DNA from: Styela clava | Taxonomy: Eukaryota | Direction of reading: 5' to 3' | Assembly (NCBI RefSeq): GCF_964204865.1 | Contig: NC_135250.1 | Location: 10,912,001 to 10,976,000 of the forward strand | DNA: 64,000 bases | Part shown: positions 13,852-26,097 of the stretch, in pieces | How positions within the stretch are numbered: position 1 is the first letter of the stretch | How the letters are laid out: each line of letters begins with the position of its first letter | Translations under genes and position numbers: made by a program | The notes under the pieces: generated by a model | The model's database searches: none | The model's input: the letters and a program-made list of their open reading frames with translations, nothing else | What the model was told of the DNA's origin: nothing

Positions 13852-14442
13852 CATCAAAAATTTAGTCTCACGAACTATGTGATTAACTACGCTAAAATTA
13901 GCTATCAGTAGTTCACCTGTAAGCGGCACGTGGTTAGATAATTTTTTAAATAAAAATGATGGTTTCAAAATGTTTAGGCATAGGGAGAGTGTTTTAAGGT
14001 GTATCGCATACTGAAGCAGGGAGTCCAGGGAAGCCATATGGTAACGGTAGGCTACTCTGACATACTACACAGGCACTATTTCGTGTCAGTATATTTGAGC
14101 ATCGCTGTCTTGTTAGTTGATCAGTGGAGGAACGCTATGACTTTTATAGTACAACTGATGTTGTCTTCCTGATGATGACGTGTAGAAATATATATATATA
14201 TATATATAATTATTTTAGCATTATGAGTAATGCCGTATAGGCAGTTGGCAACGAGTCTTTGTGCCGACGAACCAGAATCGGCTATCAAGAACTATTGTTT
14301 TGATTGCTATTATTTACACTGCATTCGAAATTGTCACGTTACAGTTAGAAGGCCGGTCATCATTTCAAAAATTTGTAAGATTTGCTCGGAAACGTAACGA
14401 CAACAGCTGTTATATTTTTGCATTTATTGTTTTATTCTAGGT

Positions 14443-16024
14443 TTATTCAAAAATTTCAAATACATCCAATTCTCTGTCATCCTCATCATTATCTTCTAAA
14501 TATCGGAATCGTCTTCGTCGTGACACATCTGTAACAGGGGTTTAAAGAATTAAAGAATTTGCGTACCATAAGCTACGTCTTGCAACAAATTGTTCGCATT
14601 CAGAAAAAACATTGGGACCCCCTGAAGTATGCGCACCAACATGGCGCACAACCTGAACTCAGGTTGTGTACCAGGATAGGGTTCAGGTCATGCGACATCT
14701 TGGTGCGCATACTTCAGGAGTATCAAACCTTGTTATCATTTTACCTAAAGGTATCAAAATTTATCGTTATTATTTTCTGAATTTTACTCAGATTCTATCT
14801 TGTAACGTAAAGTATATATATGAAACGCGGTAGGTATAGACTGGCAACGAACATGAGTTAGCAGCAATTCACTATATCACAAGATACATCTTTTCACAGG
14901 AATAAGTGTGAAGTCTTGTGCTATTCTAGCATGTGAAAAATGTATATGTAATATACTCAACGGTTTCATGAACCTTATATACATATATTCCTAAATTAGA
15001 TTAGCAAAAATAAGCTGGCCGTGTAAAGTATGTTCCCAAATAATCATTTTTGAGTTGGGATTGAACCCAAGTAGAACATATTCTGATAAATTCACTTTAG
15101 CTTGTACACATGAATTGTTTTTATCTTTTAAAAACAAAACTCCGGCTAACCATAGGCGACTGCAGAAGATTTTTGAAATCTATTCAATGTTCTAAATCCG
15201 GGAGTGGTAGAGATCGTAGAAATTGTTTGTCCATTGGTGTATTCATTTCTGTTTATATAAATGTAAATTTTTTATATATATAGATTATAGATTATGTTTG
15301 TTGAAAATGAAGGCTGCCAAAGACTTAAACTGATGTCGGAAAAATATGGACTGCATTATTCCAGTGTCCATCGATGCGCGACTGAGAACGAGTTGAGTAA
15401 ACACGGTTGGGCAAATGACGCAATATAGCCAGTGAATGCCTGCTGACGGCGATTTAATGTCAAAGCTTCATTTCTGCCCAATGATGCAAATGGTCAGTCA
15501 GTTAGAGCAATTGTTCATCAAGAAAGTCTAAAAACTTTGCAGTTCTATTATATACTCTTATTATCAAATTTTTTCATTAACGTTACGTGACCGCATAAAA
15601 TCTGTTTATTTTGGGTACCTGAATAATTGTTGCTAAAACGATGAGCCTACTACCAAATTGTATGTAATAATGGGCGAATTTTGAGACGAAAACGCGACAG
15701 TACGGAACATCGCATTTGCCGATTGATTTTTTGTTCGATTAGGAAATACTGAGAAATCATTTTTACATTCGAAAAATATATCTTTGCCTGCATTGTTCTG
15801 CTATCTTATTTTGCATGTTTCACATTCATTAAATCAAAAATTGGGCCATTGCGATTGGAGTAACAAGCGGTAAAAACAAATAATATATCTGTAGTTGCAA
15901 ACATCTTGAAATTACATCTTACTTTCATACGACAAAAGATGTTTAGTAAAAGTAATAAATTAAATACTTACCCAGTTACAGCGAGAAGAACAAAAATTAC
16001 TATAATCACGAGATATCGATTCAT
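14443..16024 (-). CDS. Small secreted prepropeptide C (3 exons, 78 aa), host-defence-peptide-like precursor
   Basis: Exons 16024-15972, 15248-15151, 14528-14443 (GT-AG, phases 2,1). MNRYLVIIVIFVLLAVTGNEYTNG-QTISTISTTPGFRTLNRFQKSSAVAY-DVSRRRRFR-YLEDNDEDDRELDVFEIFE*. AATAAA directly after the stop (14431-14436). Paralogue with identical structure at 16997-20356. Confidence 0.8.
14619..14720. mobile_element. ~100-bp palindromic MITE, copy 2 (intron 2 of prepropeptide C)
   Basis: CCTGAAGTATGCGCACCAA...TTGGTGCGCATACTTCAGG inverted arms. Confidence 0.85.
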
Positions 16025-16996
16025 AGTTTACCCAAACTACAAAAAAGGAACAAAGACAATCAAATGGATTTGTAGTTTTAAACTCATTCTAATCACGTTC
16101 TAGAAATTAGCAAGCTAGTCGATAGCAAGAGTGCAATGCTCAAGAATATAGACAGTAATGCCAAATGGCTAATCTGAAAATCGCAATATTATCAAAATTC
16201 CAGCCAAATGATAAAGGAATTGTACTGAATGTTAAATGAGGGTGCTCGAATGAATTAACGAAAAATAGAAACTTTATATATTTATAGATTAGAAATGTTC
16301 GCCAAAATTACTAATCTCTGGGCTATCGGGCTTCCCAGAATCAAGAGAAACTTTGAGAATAAATTAAAAGATTATCATGCTGAAATCGATACGTCCTTTA
16401 GTTGTGGAGGAGAGCAATTTTCCACAAAACCAACAATTTGCCCAAACAATTCATAGGTCTTCGTTATTCACTTCGTGTTCAATAACACTTCTGTAATCTA
16501 TTCTAACGTTACTGCTTGGCACAATCTAAATTTCACAACTTCAGTTTTCTTTGCACATTAGCACTGACAAAGAACTCGTTTACTTAATGACTTTGAAAAG
16601 AATAAGGGGAAGCTCAACCATATGGCACTGATGCTCATAAATCTATGATGACCGTTAACCGCCTCTACATTGTATTTACGGAAGTCGGAATCATTACGAG
16701 CAAAGATTGACTTTCTGGCTACATTATTTGTTTGGCACAGGTAATCACTACGATAAAGAAAAAACGTAGAAGTTTCACGTGTTCACAAATTTCATCAAGT
16801 TATATTTGTACAAAACACTCTCACTTTAAAATTTTCATTTTTGTATTATGATGACACATGATAACAATTCAAAAAGCTAATCTTAACAATGAGTGAAAAT
16901 TTTCCTTTTTTGCCTGCTAATATTCAAGCAGTAAGTATGTCGAAATATACCATTTTGGAAATATCAATATATCCCATATATATCTAGTTGAAAATA

Positions 16997-19900
16997 TTAA
17001 TCAAACAATTCCTCGAGATCAAGCTCATCATTATCATCATCATAGTCTGCATTTCGTATTCGCCTAACATCTGTAAAAAGATTGAAGTCAAGGAAGTTCA
17101 TATCTTGTTTTAATGGGAATTTGTAAATTTTTCGACATGCAGTGTACTTTGTATCTGGACAAAACGGTTAGTATAAAAAATATTTCCGCATTAAAATTAA
17201 AACCATTCCATATCACGAAATCCCGAACAAGTTTTCGAACAAACATATGTAAACCACTGGATACAGAGCAAGTTTCTTAATAATATTGAGGTGAATTGCT
17301 TCAAGATTCACGTCAACGGATATTTATAATGTTGCTTAGGAAACCACCATAGTGCTAGGCGGTTTCAGTAGCTCAGTAGCATTTCAAGTGTGACACTGTG
17401 GTCAAAGTTTATTCTACTTCATTCTGAATCCTCGAAACCTTGGATGCTTTAAACCAGGGGTGTGCAATCTTTTTTACAGATGGGCCAAATACAAGTAACT
17501 GGGTGAAGCCGCGGGCCGCACCAAGAAAGTCTACTTACGAAAAATTTGTAGTTTTTAATTGGTATTTCTTTGTTATTTTATTTTACCATGTGTGCCCTCA
17601 AAAATTACTTACTTGCGAATGAGTTTCCCTAATTTAAACGAAATTAATTTGTTCCAAGCCTCTTCGTAGATAGAAAATTCCGTGGGTAAGGACGCATGAA
17701 TAAAAAGGGATTAATCCATTCCAAGCTCCCACAAAACCCGGACATAATATTTACTAGGGCAACTAGGCTAAGCGAAGACCGTGGAGAGTGGGAAAACGGG
17801 GGTCGGACGAGGTGAAAGGAGGCGTTAAAAGTAGAAATCTGAAAGAGAACGTAATGTACGAAAATGAGCACACGCACATGAATATCAAAATTAATATTTA
17901 CTATTTTTATTTTGCATTTTTATTTATTTTTATTATTTCATTTATTTTAGCTTTGACTGTTATGCGTATCATCGTCATCTCAACTGAAACTGAGTGAGAC
18001 TTATTGTACGTACCCGCGGGAAACAAACGGGCAAGTGGGATGGAAGATGGTTGATTGGCGTGTGGCAGGGCAGCTACCGCCGACTTCGATTTTTATGTAG
18101 CTCACGAGTCACGACACCATTCGTTGATTCAGGAAAAACGCAAATGTATTCACGCGATCATCGTCATTGCCAAATGAGTGAATCTGATTCCCAAATTCCC
18201 ATCTACCAACAAAAGAGAATTAAGACCGGACATCTTCTTTTATTTTTCGAGTCGGCGCTGATTTAAATATTTTATTTAGGCTGTTTTGAATTTATTTTTT
18301 AATATTAATTAATACCGCCAACTTAAACTGAACGATATTATCACGCCGCGATAGATACTAAATAATATTTAGGAGCTATTTTATAAGCTCTAAACTGCAA
18401 GAGATGAAAATTTGCCCTTATGTTTGGACACTATCAAAGTGAAAGGATGAAAACAATTACAATTTACAAACATAATTTTCTTTCAGATTTATTGTCGATG
18501 CCGCACAAACTATCTCGACAAAAAATGAAACGAGATAGCGATCAGAGACCGCCAACTTATCGATCTTCAGCATGTTCCGTTAGGGGATCCCCCAAAACAG
18601 AAACCGTGGGTTCGATTTCTTCGCTCTGACTCAATAGCGACACTGCGTGTCCCATTACTAATTAATTAATAATTCGCTAATTATACCATATAATTCATCC
18701 AAAAACACTGGGCTTCTGGTCCGCGATATGATAAATGCACGATCGATAAGCAATATTAGTAAAGTGTTCCAAATCAAAACGTTTACGGTCGCTCTAGGAA
18801 TTTGGTATTCTAACAGACACGTAAAACTATATTCGAATTGGACATCCCTGATTCAAGCTCTGCATTAAAAAAAACGAATGTCCCTACACGCGTTTTTTGT
18901 CTTTCGTATGTAAAAAATCTCATGTTATAGTAGAAGCAATGTTATTGCAAAAATAATTTTTGTAAGTTGGATTTTTCGTATCCCGAGCCTTTCGTAAATA
19001 GAGTCTTTACTGTAGTTGCAGACACAAAAATTTGTTTCTTTTTGTTATCGATCTTACGGCATTGTTCGGGGTCCTGGCAAAAATGTTGAGTTGAAACGTA
19101 AATTTTTTTAAATAAAACTGTTTAAATTTATTGTCACAGCGACCTAATCGAATTTAGCAAGAAACACGCGTTTATGACATTGTGTATTTTCCAACAAAAT
19201 ATTGCCTGCTGGTTTTACTTATATGATAGTGGCACTCGGGTACTTGAATGGGTTCCGCGACGCAAGAGGTTGATTCGCTCACACGTTCTAGAATGATAAA
19301 ACTAAAAGCTCGTTTCGCGGGAACATCCTCCAAAATTAGCATTTCTCCGCGGGACGCACAATTCTTTTTTGCGGGCCGCATTTGGCCCGCGGGCCGCAGT
19401 TTGCACACCCCTGCTTTAAACAATGTGACATAAATTAAAGGCCAATGTGTTTAAAACTAAGCTATTCAGAACTTATTGGAAGTTTGCATCGTACAAAAAT
19501 TTTACTCAACAATGGTACATTACCCCACGCCGCTGAAGATGGGGTTGTTCTCACATATCTTCTTAATCCTGATATGGATGAGGTTGTCAAAATGGTTTTT
19601 CCATTCACACATTTGTTTCTGAATGTATAAATTCAAAGTACTGTATGTGTAATAAATATTAGGTGTAAAAATTTTCGTCGTATCACAAGCAAATGTGGAT
19701 ATATGTACATAGTAAAGAAGAAGGACAGGGATTTATTTTTAGTTGTGAAATGAGAGTCGTGTTGATGTTAGGAATTTATGATCAGCGTACACATTTCTGT
19801 AAAAAAAATACTATTTTATTTTGTAGTTTTCCAACATCCTCATAATTTTTTGTCACTTGTTTCTGTGATCCACTTTTGTATAAGCAAACTTTTAAAGCTT

Positions 19901-20356
19901 TTAAACTTTTGGTTAAAAGCCAAAGATCTGTCTGCTCGGATGCTTCACACCAGTGGAGGGTATTTGTACCCATGATATAGAACAGATGATTTTATTCGTT
20001 CTGAAACAGGAAGGATCCTGAATTTGACAACAGCTGAACATAGTTGCAAATGATTGTAACTGTAAATGAAGGAGATTAGCATAAGTTTTAGATGGTCTCC
20101 TCTTAACGGAATGTATAGTTATTTAATACATGTTGCAGATGATCCACATAATTGACGCCAGCCCAAGGTAATCGAAAAAAGTTTTTCGACGACGACGCAT
20201 GTCTAATGAACTGTAACCATTTTTCAGAAATACAATATGAACGGGAATAAGTCAAATAGTACAGAAGCAAGCATGTGATATCAAGAAACGAAATACTCAC
20301 CCCGATCCAACGAGGAATACAAGAATAAACACAACCGAGAAAGATCTGCTTGTCAT
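16997..20356 (-). CDS. Small secreted prepropeptide D (3 exons, 74 aa), host-defence-peptide-like precursor
   Basis: Exons 20356-20301, 19618-19524, 17070-16997 (GT-AG, phases 2,1). MTSRSFSVVFILVFLVGSGNKCVNG-KTILTTSSISGLRRYVRTTPSSAAW-DVRRIR-NADYDDDNDELDLEELFD*. Confidence 0.8.
17455..19413. mobile_element. Non-autonomous hAT (Charlie-like) transposon in intron 2 of prepropeptide D
   Basis: TIR CAGGGGTGTGCAA/TTGCACACCCCTG; perfect 8-bp TSD CTTTAAAC (17447-17454 and 19414-19421); subterminal GCGGGCCGCA repeats. Confidence 0.93.
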
Positions 20357-20848
20357 ATTTCAAAATCTAAATGTTGACAATCTAATAGCAAATAATGTCA
20401 TTTAACGCCACTATAAAATAATATTCTTGCATTCGATCACATTATATTACAAGCATTGATTTAATGATCCAATTCTATGTTTGTAATCACTGTTGTCCAC
20501 GAACTACAGTCTACCGGTAATGAATGTTTGAATACAGATAGGGTGAACCCAAAAAACTGACTTCATAAATTTCTTAATTACCTCTACGAAAATTTATTAA
20601 ACTATTGAAATTATTTTTGTGTGTGAATGTTTAAGATTTCAATAATATAGGACGCTTTGCACAAAAGTTATGTTCTCCTTAGAATGTGTTCCAAATAACC
20701 TAATTTCTGTTGTGGGTTAACTCTCAATTATACGCCCTTGCCCGCAGATGCGGTGGGCAATGGAAAACTGACGGAACTCTCGATTTGTCCTATATATTCT
20801 GCTACTTTCTTACTCGATACTCTTATTAATTTACTTTCTATCGATAGA

Positions 20849-23646
20849 TGATGAGATACCCTCGTACAAAGTATGGTATAATTTCAACCATATGGTCGTT
20901 GACGATTATATCAATGTATAACTCCCGTCCGATGGGGCATTTCCTCGGAAGGTCATATTACAACAGTTCACAATAGGCCTATTTCAGGTAATGTATAATC
21001 TGAAAATGTATTTTAAATGTATTACATGATTATGCAAACGAGAAATAGTTAATTCAAAAAAATTGAATTTTATTCATAAAATATGCTACGTATAAAACGC
21101 TCGGCGCGTGAGTGATGTTACTTTCTTTTTTCTCTAAGGTGAACTGGTGGCTAACAGGCAGTTCGCTGTCCAGAGTTGGGAAATGTAAACGTTCCATATT
21201 CATGGATTGCTGATTTAACAAAATAATTCTGTATACTGTTTGTGAGTAAAACCCCAGGCTTCACGATGGTGTACTGTATAACCATTTTCAGCATCCTATA
21301 GTCAAGAGTTCAGGGCCACATGATACAGGATAATTCTTCTTCTTTATCATTTGCCGGATTAACTCTGCAGATGCATGGATGCAAGCATTACTGTATACAT
21401 CATGCATATTATACCCTGAGCATGTTACATTATGACTTGATTTAGTGTCGATGCATTTACAATCCATTACGTCAAATACTGCTAATCCTTCAGGCTTCAG
21501 CATCTGGCACTGTTTCCGGTGTTCGCCTTGTCGGATAGCACTCCATCTGGTATCCTCCACAATACAACGGAAACGATAAATCGGTAAAAATAAGTATTAC
21601 CATTTCATTCGAAATACTTATTTAATTAATAATTGCAAATGCCAAATGGTGTGATTGTGCGAGGATTTCGGTTGTGGGCTTGGCATAAGCTAAGAGAATA
21701 AGTAATTTTAAATCAAAAAATTCTACAGTTTGCAATCTTCTGGCATCACATACTATGAATACATGTGAAATCATACATAGCATACGATTAATTGCTTTGA
21801 ACGGGACATTTTTTACAGCGAAACATATATAACGTTGCCGATTGTTATACTTATAGGTCTGACTAAAGCTTGACTTTAAATGGAGACAATGCGGCCACAG
21901 TTCTCCTTCACTCCTTACCAATTCATACTTTATACAAATATATAAAGCTACTTCGTAAATGCACGTATGCATAGCTGTTAAATGAGCCAAAAATACAACA
22001 AATGCGGAGTAACACTGTTATTTAATAAACCTTGTTCCATAAACTGTACTATAATGAAATTTGTTGTTTTCGTAGGCCCATATTCTTCAACCTCAAGTTC
22101 GAATTACAACAAACCACTCAATGCGGTACCCAAATCTGACACATATCTGAGATATGAAAGTATCGAACGGATATAAATTCTAGTATTGATGTTAGTCGTA
22201 TTTAGCCGTCAGACCCTGTGTTACTATGATGTGATAATATTTATTCAAGAGAGATGGTGTTAGAAGTAATCAGCTCACATTTTGATTTTCATTGGTTGTT
22301 TTAGTTTGCTTAACAAAATCAGATCAAGAAGTATTTTCTTCGCAACATTCTTCACTTCTGCATTCAATGCAAACACATTTAGGGAAATCTGGCATCCAGC
22401 CAGCAAATAAAACATAATATTACCTTACCAATCGAATATGTTGCTTTATGCAGGTAATCGAACAATTATTATGAAATCTACATTATAAATCTTATCCAAA
22501 CCTGAAAATATATATTTCTATTTGGGTTCTTGCAACTATGCAAATTAAAAATTACAATGCGTAATCCTTCGAAACAATTTAAAAAAAGATCTCTCCCCTA
22601 TTTATGATAATGTCCAATAGATTATTTACTGTGAGAATATTATTTATGTCGTCATTATTATTTCTTTATTAATGTCGCTTGATCTCTGTCTTGCGACTTG
22701 CATGCATTGCTTGCTGCCGAGTGTTCTGAATTATGATGTCTTTTTTAAATACACAATATATTCGAGCAAGCATATTCTTAAAACATTTTTGTGATTACAA
22801 AAACAAACATCACCCTGATAATTCTTCACCAATTTATTAAAAATCCTCAAAATTTTTGAATTCTTCCTTATAAACTTGCGACAGATTGAGTTGATATAAT
22901 TTTGAGGAATCTTATGTGACTTTCAGACACGTTCGTTCTTTGCGAGTAATTTTAAAGTAGAGAGTTTGCAATTTAAATTTCCATGAAGCAGTTGAATAAA
23001 TTGTTTGTTTTCTTTTTTACTAGAAACCAATTATGTATAACAGTATTCACTGGTTTTATTTGAACGGGTTCCAAAAATTTCATACAAATCACTGAAACGA
23101 TTCATATCATTGAAAATGTTTGAAACCATTATTACAAAAAAAGATGTTGTCAAATCAATGTGGTGGTTACCGACCATCTTAAAATTGTGATTTCATTTTT
23201 TCTATAAAACAGAAGCATTGGTCGAACGAAATGAATTGTAAGGTTTAATCACCAAACAATCTTTATTGTATTCTTTGCGATCATTTTTATAGTGCACAAC
23301 GAGTTAATTAAGATTTAGAATTCCAATACCGAACCAATGCAAAATAAAATCGCCGATTCAGTTTAATGCATTTCATTAATTCGGATTTTTTTTTTGTCTT
23401 TTTTTAAGTTGGTTGTTTTTCAGCTTTGTTTTATTTCAAGATGATTACATGCTACGTTTGCTTTTCCTTTTTTATTCAAGCATCATTCTATCGTGCAATC
23501 ATTAATTTAAAATGAATAAGAAGATCACCCATCTGCAATTAAATAATTGAAGACATAGAGAAAAATGTCACCTTGATAATGAGAAAAATGCATACGATAA
23601 TATGCAAATAATGGGAACGTCAGTCTATGCTGAAATGCGCATTTGA
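20849..23646 (+). pseudogene. Possible decayed fibronectin-III-type membrane receptor gene
   Basis: AG/GT-bounded segments with in-frame stops give DEIPSYKVWY.., ..SIWYPPQYNGND, a hydrophobic IIYVVIIISLLMSL (~22620) and a terminal NAYDNM..SVYAEMRI*. No continuous frame. Confidence 0.2.
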
Positions 23647-24985
23647 CTTTTAGAGTACTTATTACGAACGTTGTGACTGTAGCTTGTTTTAGGCTATTCT
23701 AAGGTACAAAGTATTTTAATCCTAAAATCGTGACAAAACGGGGGATAAATAATACAATAATAAAAGTTCTTTTGTAAAGTTTCATATGACTGGAAAAGGG
23801 CTTATGTGAAGCAATTTCAGAGACTGCCTAAGGCCCGTCGTCATTCAATGTCTGCTCTTTATTCAAATGTCCTGTTTTTATTGAAATACTTAGCACGTCG
23901 ATTTAGTCATTTCCCGTTATTTCACGAGTAATTTTCCCTACTTATTGGATGTTCTGGATTTGCACATAAGAGTGTTTGTAATTTTATCAAGCATATAAAA
24001 AATGCTCTATAAAAATATTTCTACAAAATAACAGTTTTTGAACAGATACCATTAGGTTCACTAAATATTCAGACTTTTAATGTAACAAAAATTAAATGCG
24101 AATATATTTCCATTTTTTATATTTGTTATTTCACAAAAATAGTCTCTTGCGTCCACTTTATATTAGAAATTAGTGCATATAGACTAAATTACTAAATACA
24201 ATTGCCAATTAAAAATAAAATAGAATGCTGGCATTGATCAACTTCTGATAACGGAAAAGCAGATGCACAATGACTTTTTGTAATAAACATTCATAACGAC
24301 TTCAATAGTATTAAATATAACTAAAGACGTTATATTCTAAAATATTTTGAACAGACGAACCATGCACCATTGACGAAATTCAAATTTTATTCTTATGAAA
24401 ACGTAAAATTATGGGAAATTTATCATAACGAAACTCACTACGAGACTATTCATACCATCCAGGTTTGCGGTGGTTCTAACTTATTATTGCGCATATCATT
24501 CCATTCATTAGATTGACATCGAAATATCACACAAATGAGAAACATGGCGAATCTTTCCCTAAATATTTACAAACACATATAACGTAACAATACACGTATA
24601 GAAAATATCATGAGATGAGTAACTTTTCTGATAACAACCTCAATGAAATAACGAGTTCATGAAAGTTTAATAATTCCTATTATTTCACTAATGATTAAAA
24701 TTTGAATAAATGGTACTTTTGCTACCGTTGAGTCAACAGAAGAAAAAAATATGGCATCAAAAATAAAAAGGGCGTCTCCTACTAGATTCTTGAAACTGTA
24801 TCGTTTGTAAGTTCGAAAACGTTTGTTTTTAGACGAGTTTACATAATTTGTTGTATTAGCAAACTATTAAATATAGGTTTTAATAATTGGAGCAGTATTG
24901 AGAGATGTAATTATTTAAAGAAGTCTTTAACGCGAATATTTACTTGCAAACACTAAGTTCCGTCGAATTTACTATTTTGCGTATT

Positions 24986-24994
24986 TATATAAAA
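24986..24994 (+). promoter_or_regulatory. Candidate TATA box of the IGFBP-domain gene
   Basis: TATATAAAA ~70 bp upstream of the ATG at 25064. Confidence 0.35.
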
Positions 24995-25063
24995 TTTGAC
25001 AATAAATGATAAATATTATTATTTTTAAAAATTACACGATAAAAGTTAAACAATTCGACAAGC

Positions 25064-26097
25064 ATGAAGTGGTTAAGCGTTCTTGAGGCCGTTAGCATAT
25101 TGGTCACAGTGTCAGATGCATTTCTATGTGGAGGGACATGTGAAGGACGTGTGACTCCATGTCCAGAGCCGAAGTGTGAAAAGGGGGTTGGGCTCGTGAA
25201 ACACGTTTGTGGGTGAGAATTATTTATTATCATTTTAAAACGCAAGTTTTTTCTTTCGATTAAATTTAGACAAATTCATTTTGTTGTACATAATATATTT
25301 TTTAGGTGGTATTTAGGTGTACGGACAGTGTTCGCCAGCGCCAGTGTCTGAAGACCTCTCAAGTATTTCGCATAAAACTAATATTGAATCACGAAAAGCA
25401 AGCATTTTGCAGCTCACAGTTTAAAATTCTGAGGTCTGATTCAACATAAATTCAGCTTTACAATTTTTTAACATCAACTGCGTTGTGATAGCTGTAGGAT
25501 CAAAATCAACCAAGCCTTCAGATTTATCCATCTGAAATATATACTTGTACAGATGCTGCGATGTTTGCTCAAAGCAGAAAGGTGAATCCTGTAATGGAAG
25601 ATGGGGGAGAGATGGAAAATGTGATCCGACAAAAAATTTGATTTGCGTTCCGAAAGAGCCAATTTGTCCCAAAGAAAACATCGATAAAGAACTTCCCAAA
25701 TATTTCTTTGGTGTGTGCATTCCAAAGCGCGACTATGTAAGTTCAATTTCTACTATCTATGCACTTTATCTCAAAGATATGCAGTTGAGTGAGTGAATTC
25801 ACTAGTGGTACATGACTGAGAACCTCCTTGTGGCATCTGAAGTCCTGCAATTGCATAACTATCAAAGAATGTGAATTTTTCTACAACCGTTTATGCTTCA
25901 CAAACTACTTTATCTTTTATTTATTTCATCATATCATACTCGAATTAGACGAAAAATAATTGTTAAATGAAATTAATTTTTGCATTGTAGCATTGTCAGA
26001 AAAACAGTAATTTCAATTTCAAACCACCTTTTTATTATTACAGAAAATTATTCGACAATACTGTAAAAACAACCGCACTCTTGTTTGTCCAGCATAA
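25064..26097 (+). CDS. Secreted single IGFBP N-terminal (IB) domain protein (3 exons, ~128 aa)
   Basis: Exons 25064-25212, 25553-25736, 26044-26097. Signal peptide MKWLSVLEAVSILVTVSDA. The IB-domain signature VCG|CCDVC is assembled across intron 1, followed by GESC..GKC..LIC..GVC. Exon 3 (KIIRQYCKNNRTLVCPA*) is less certain. Confidence 0.82.

Noticed and set aside
19880-20210. Alternative internal exons for peptide gene D (CCQIQDPSC.., SLDMRRRRK..)
   Set aside because: No counterpart in paralogue C; the 3-exon model is already phase-consistent and homologous.
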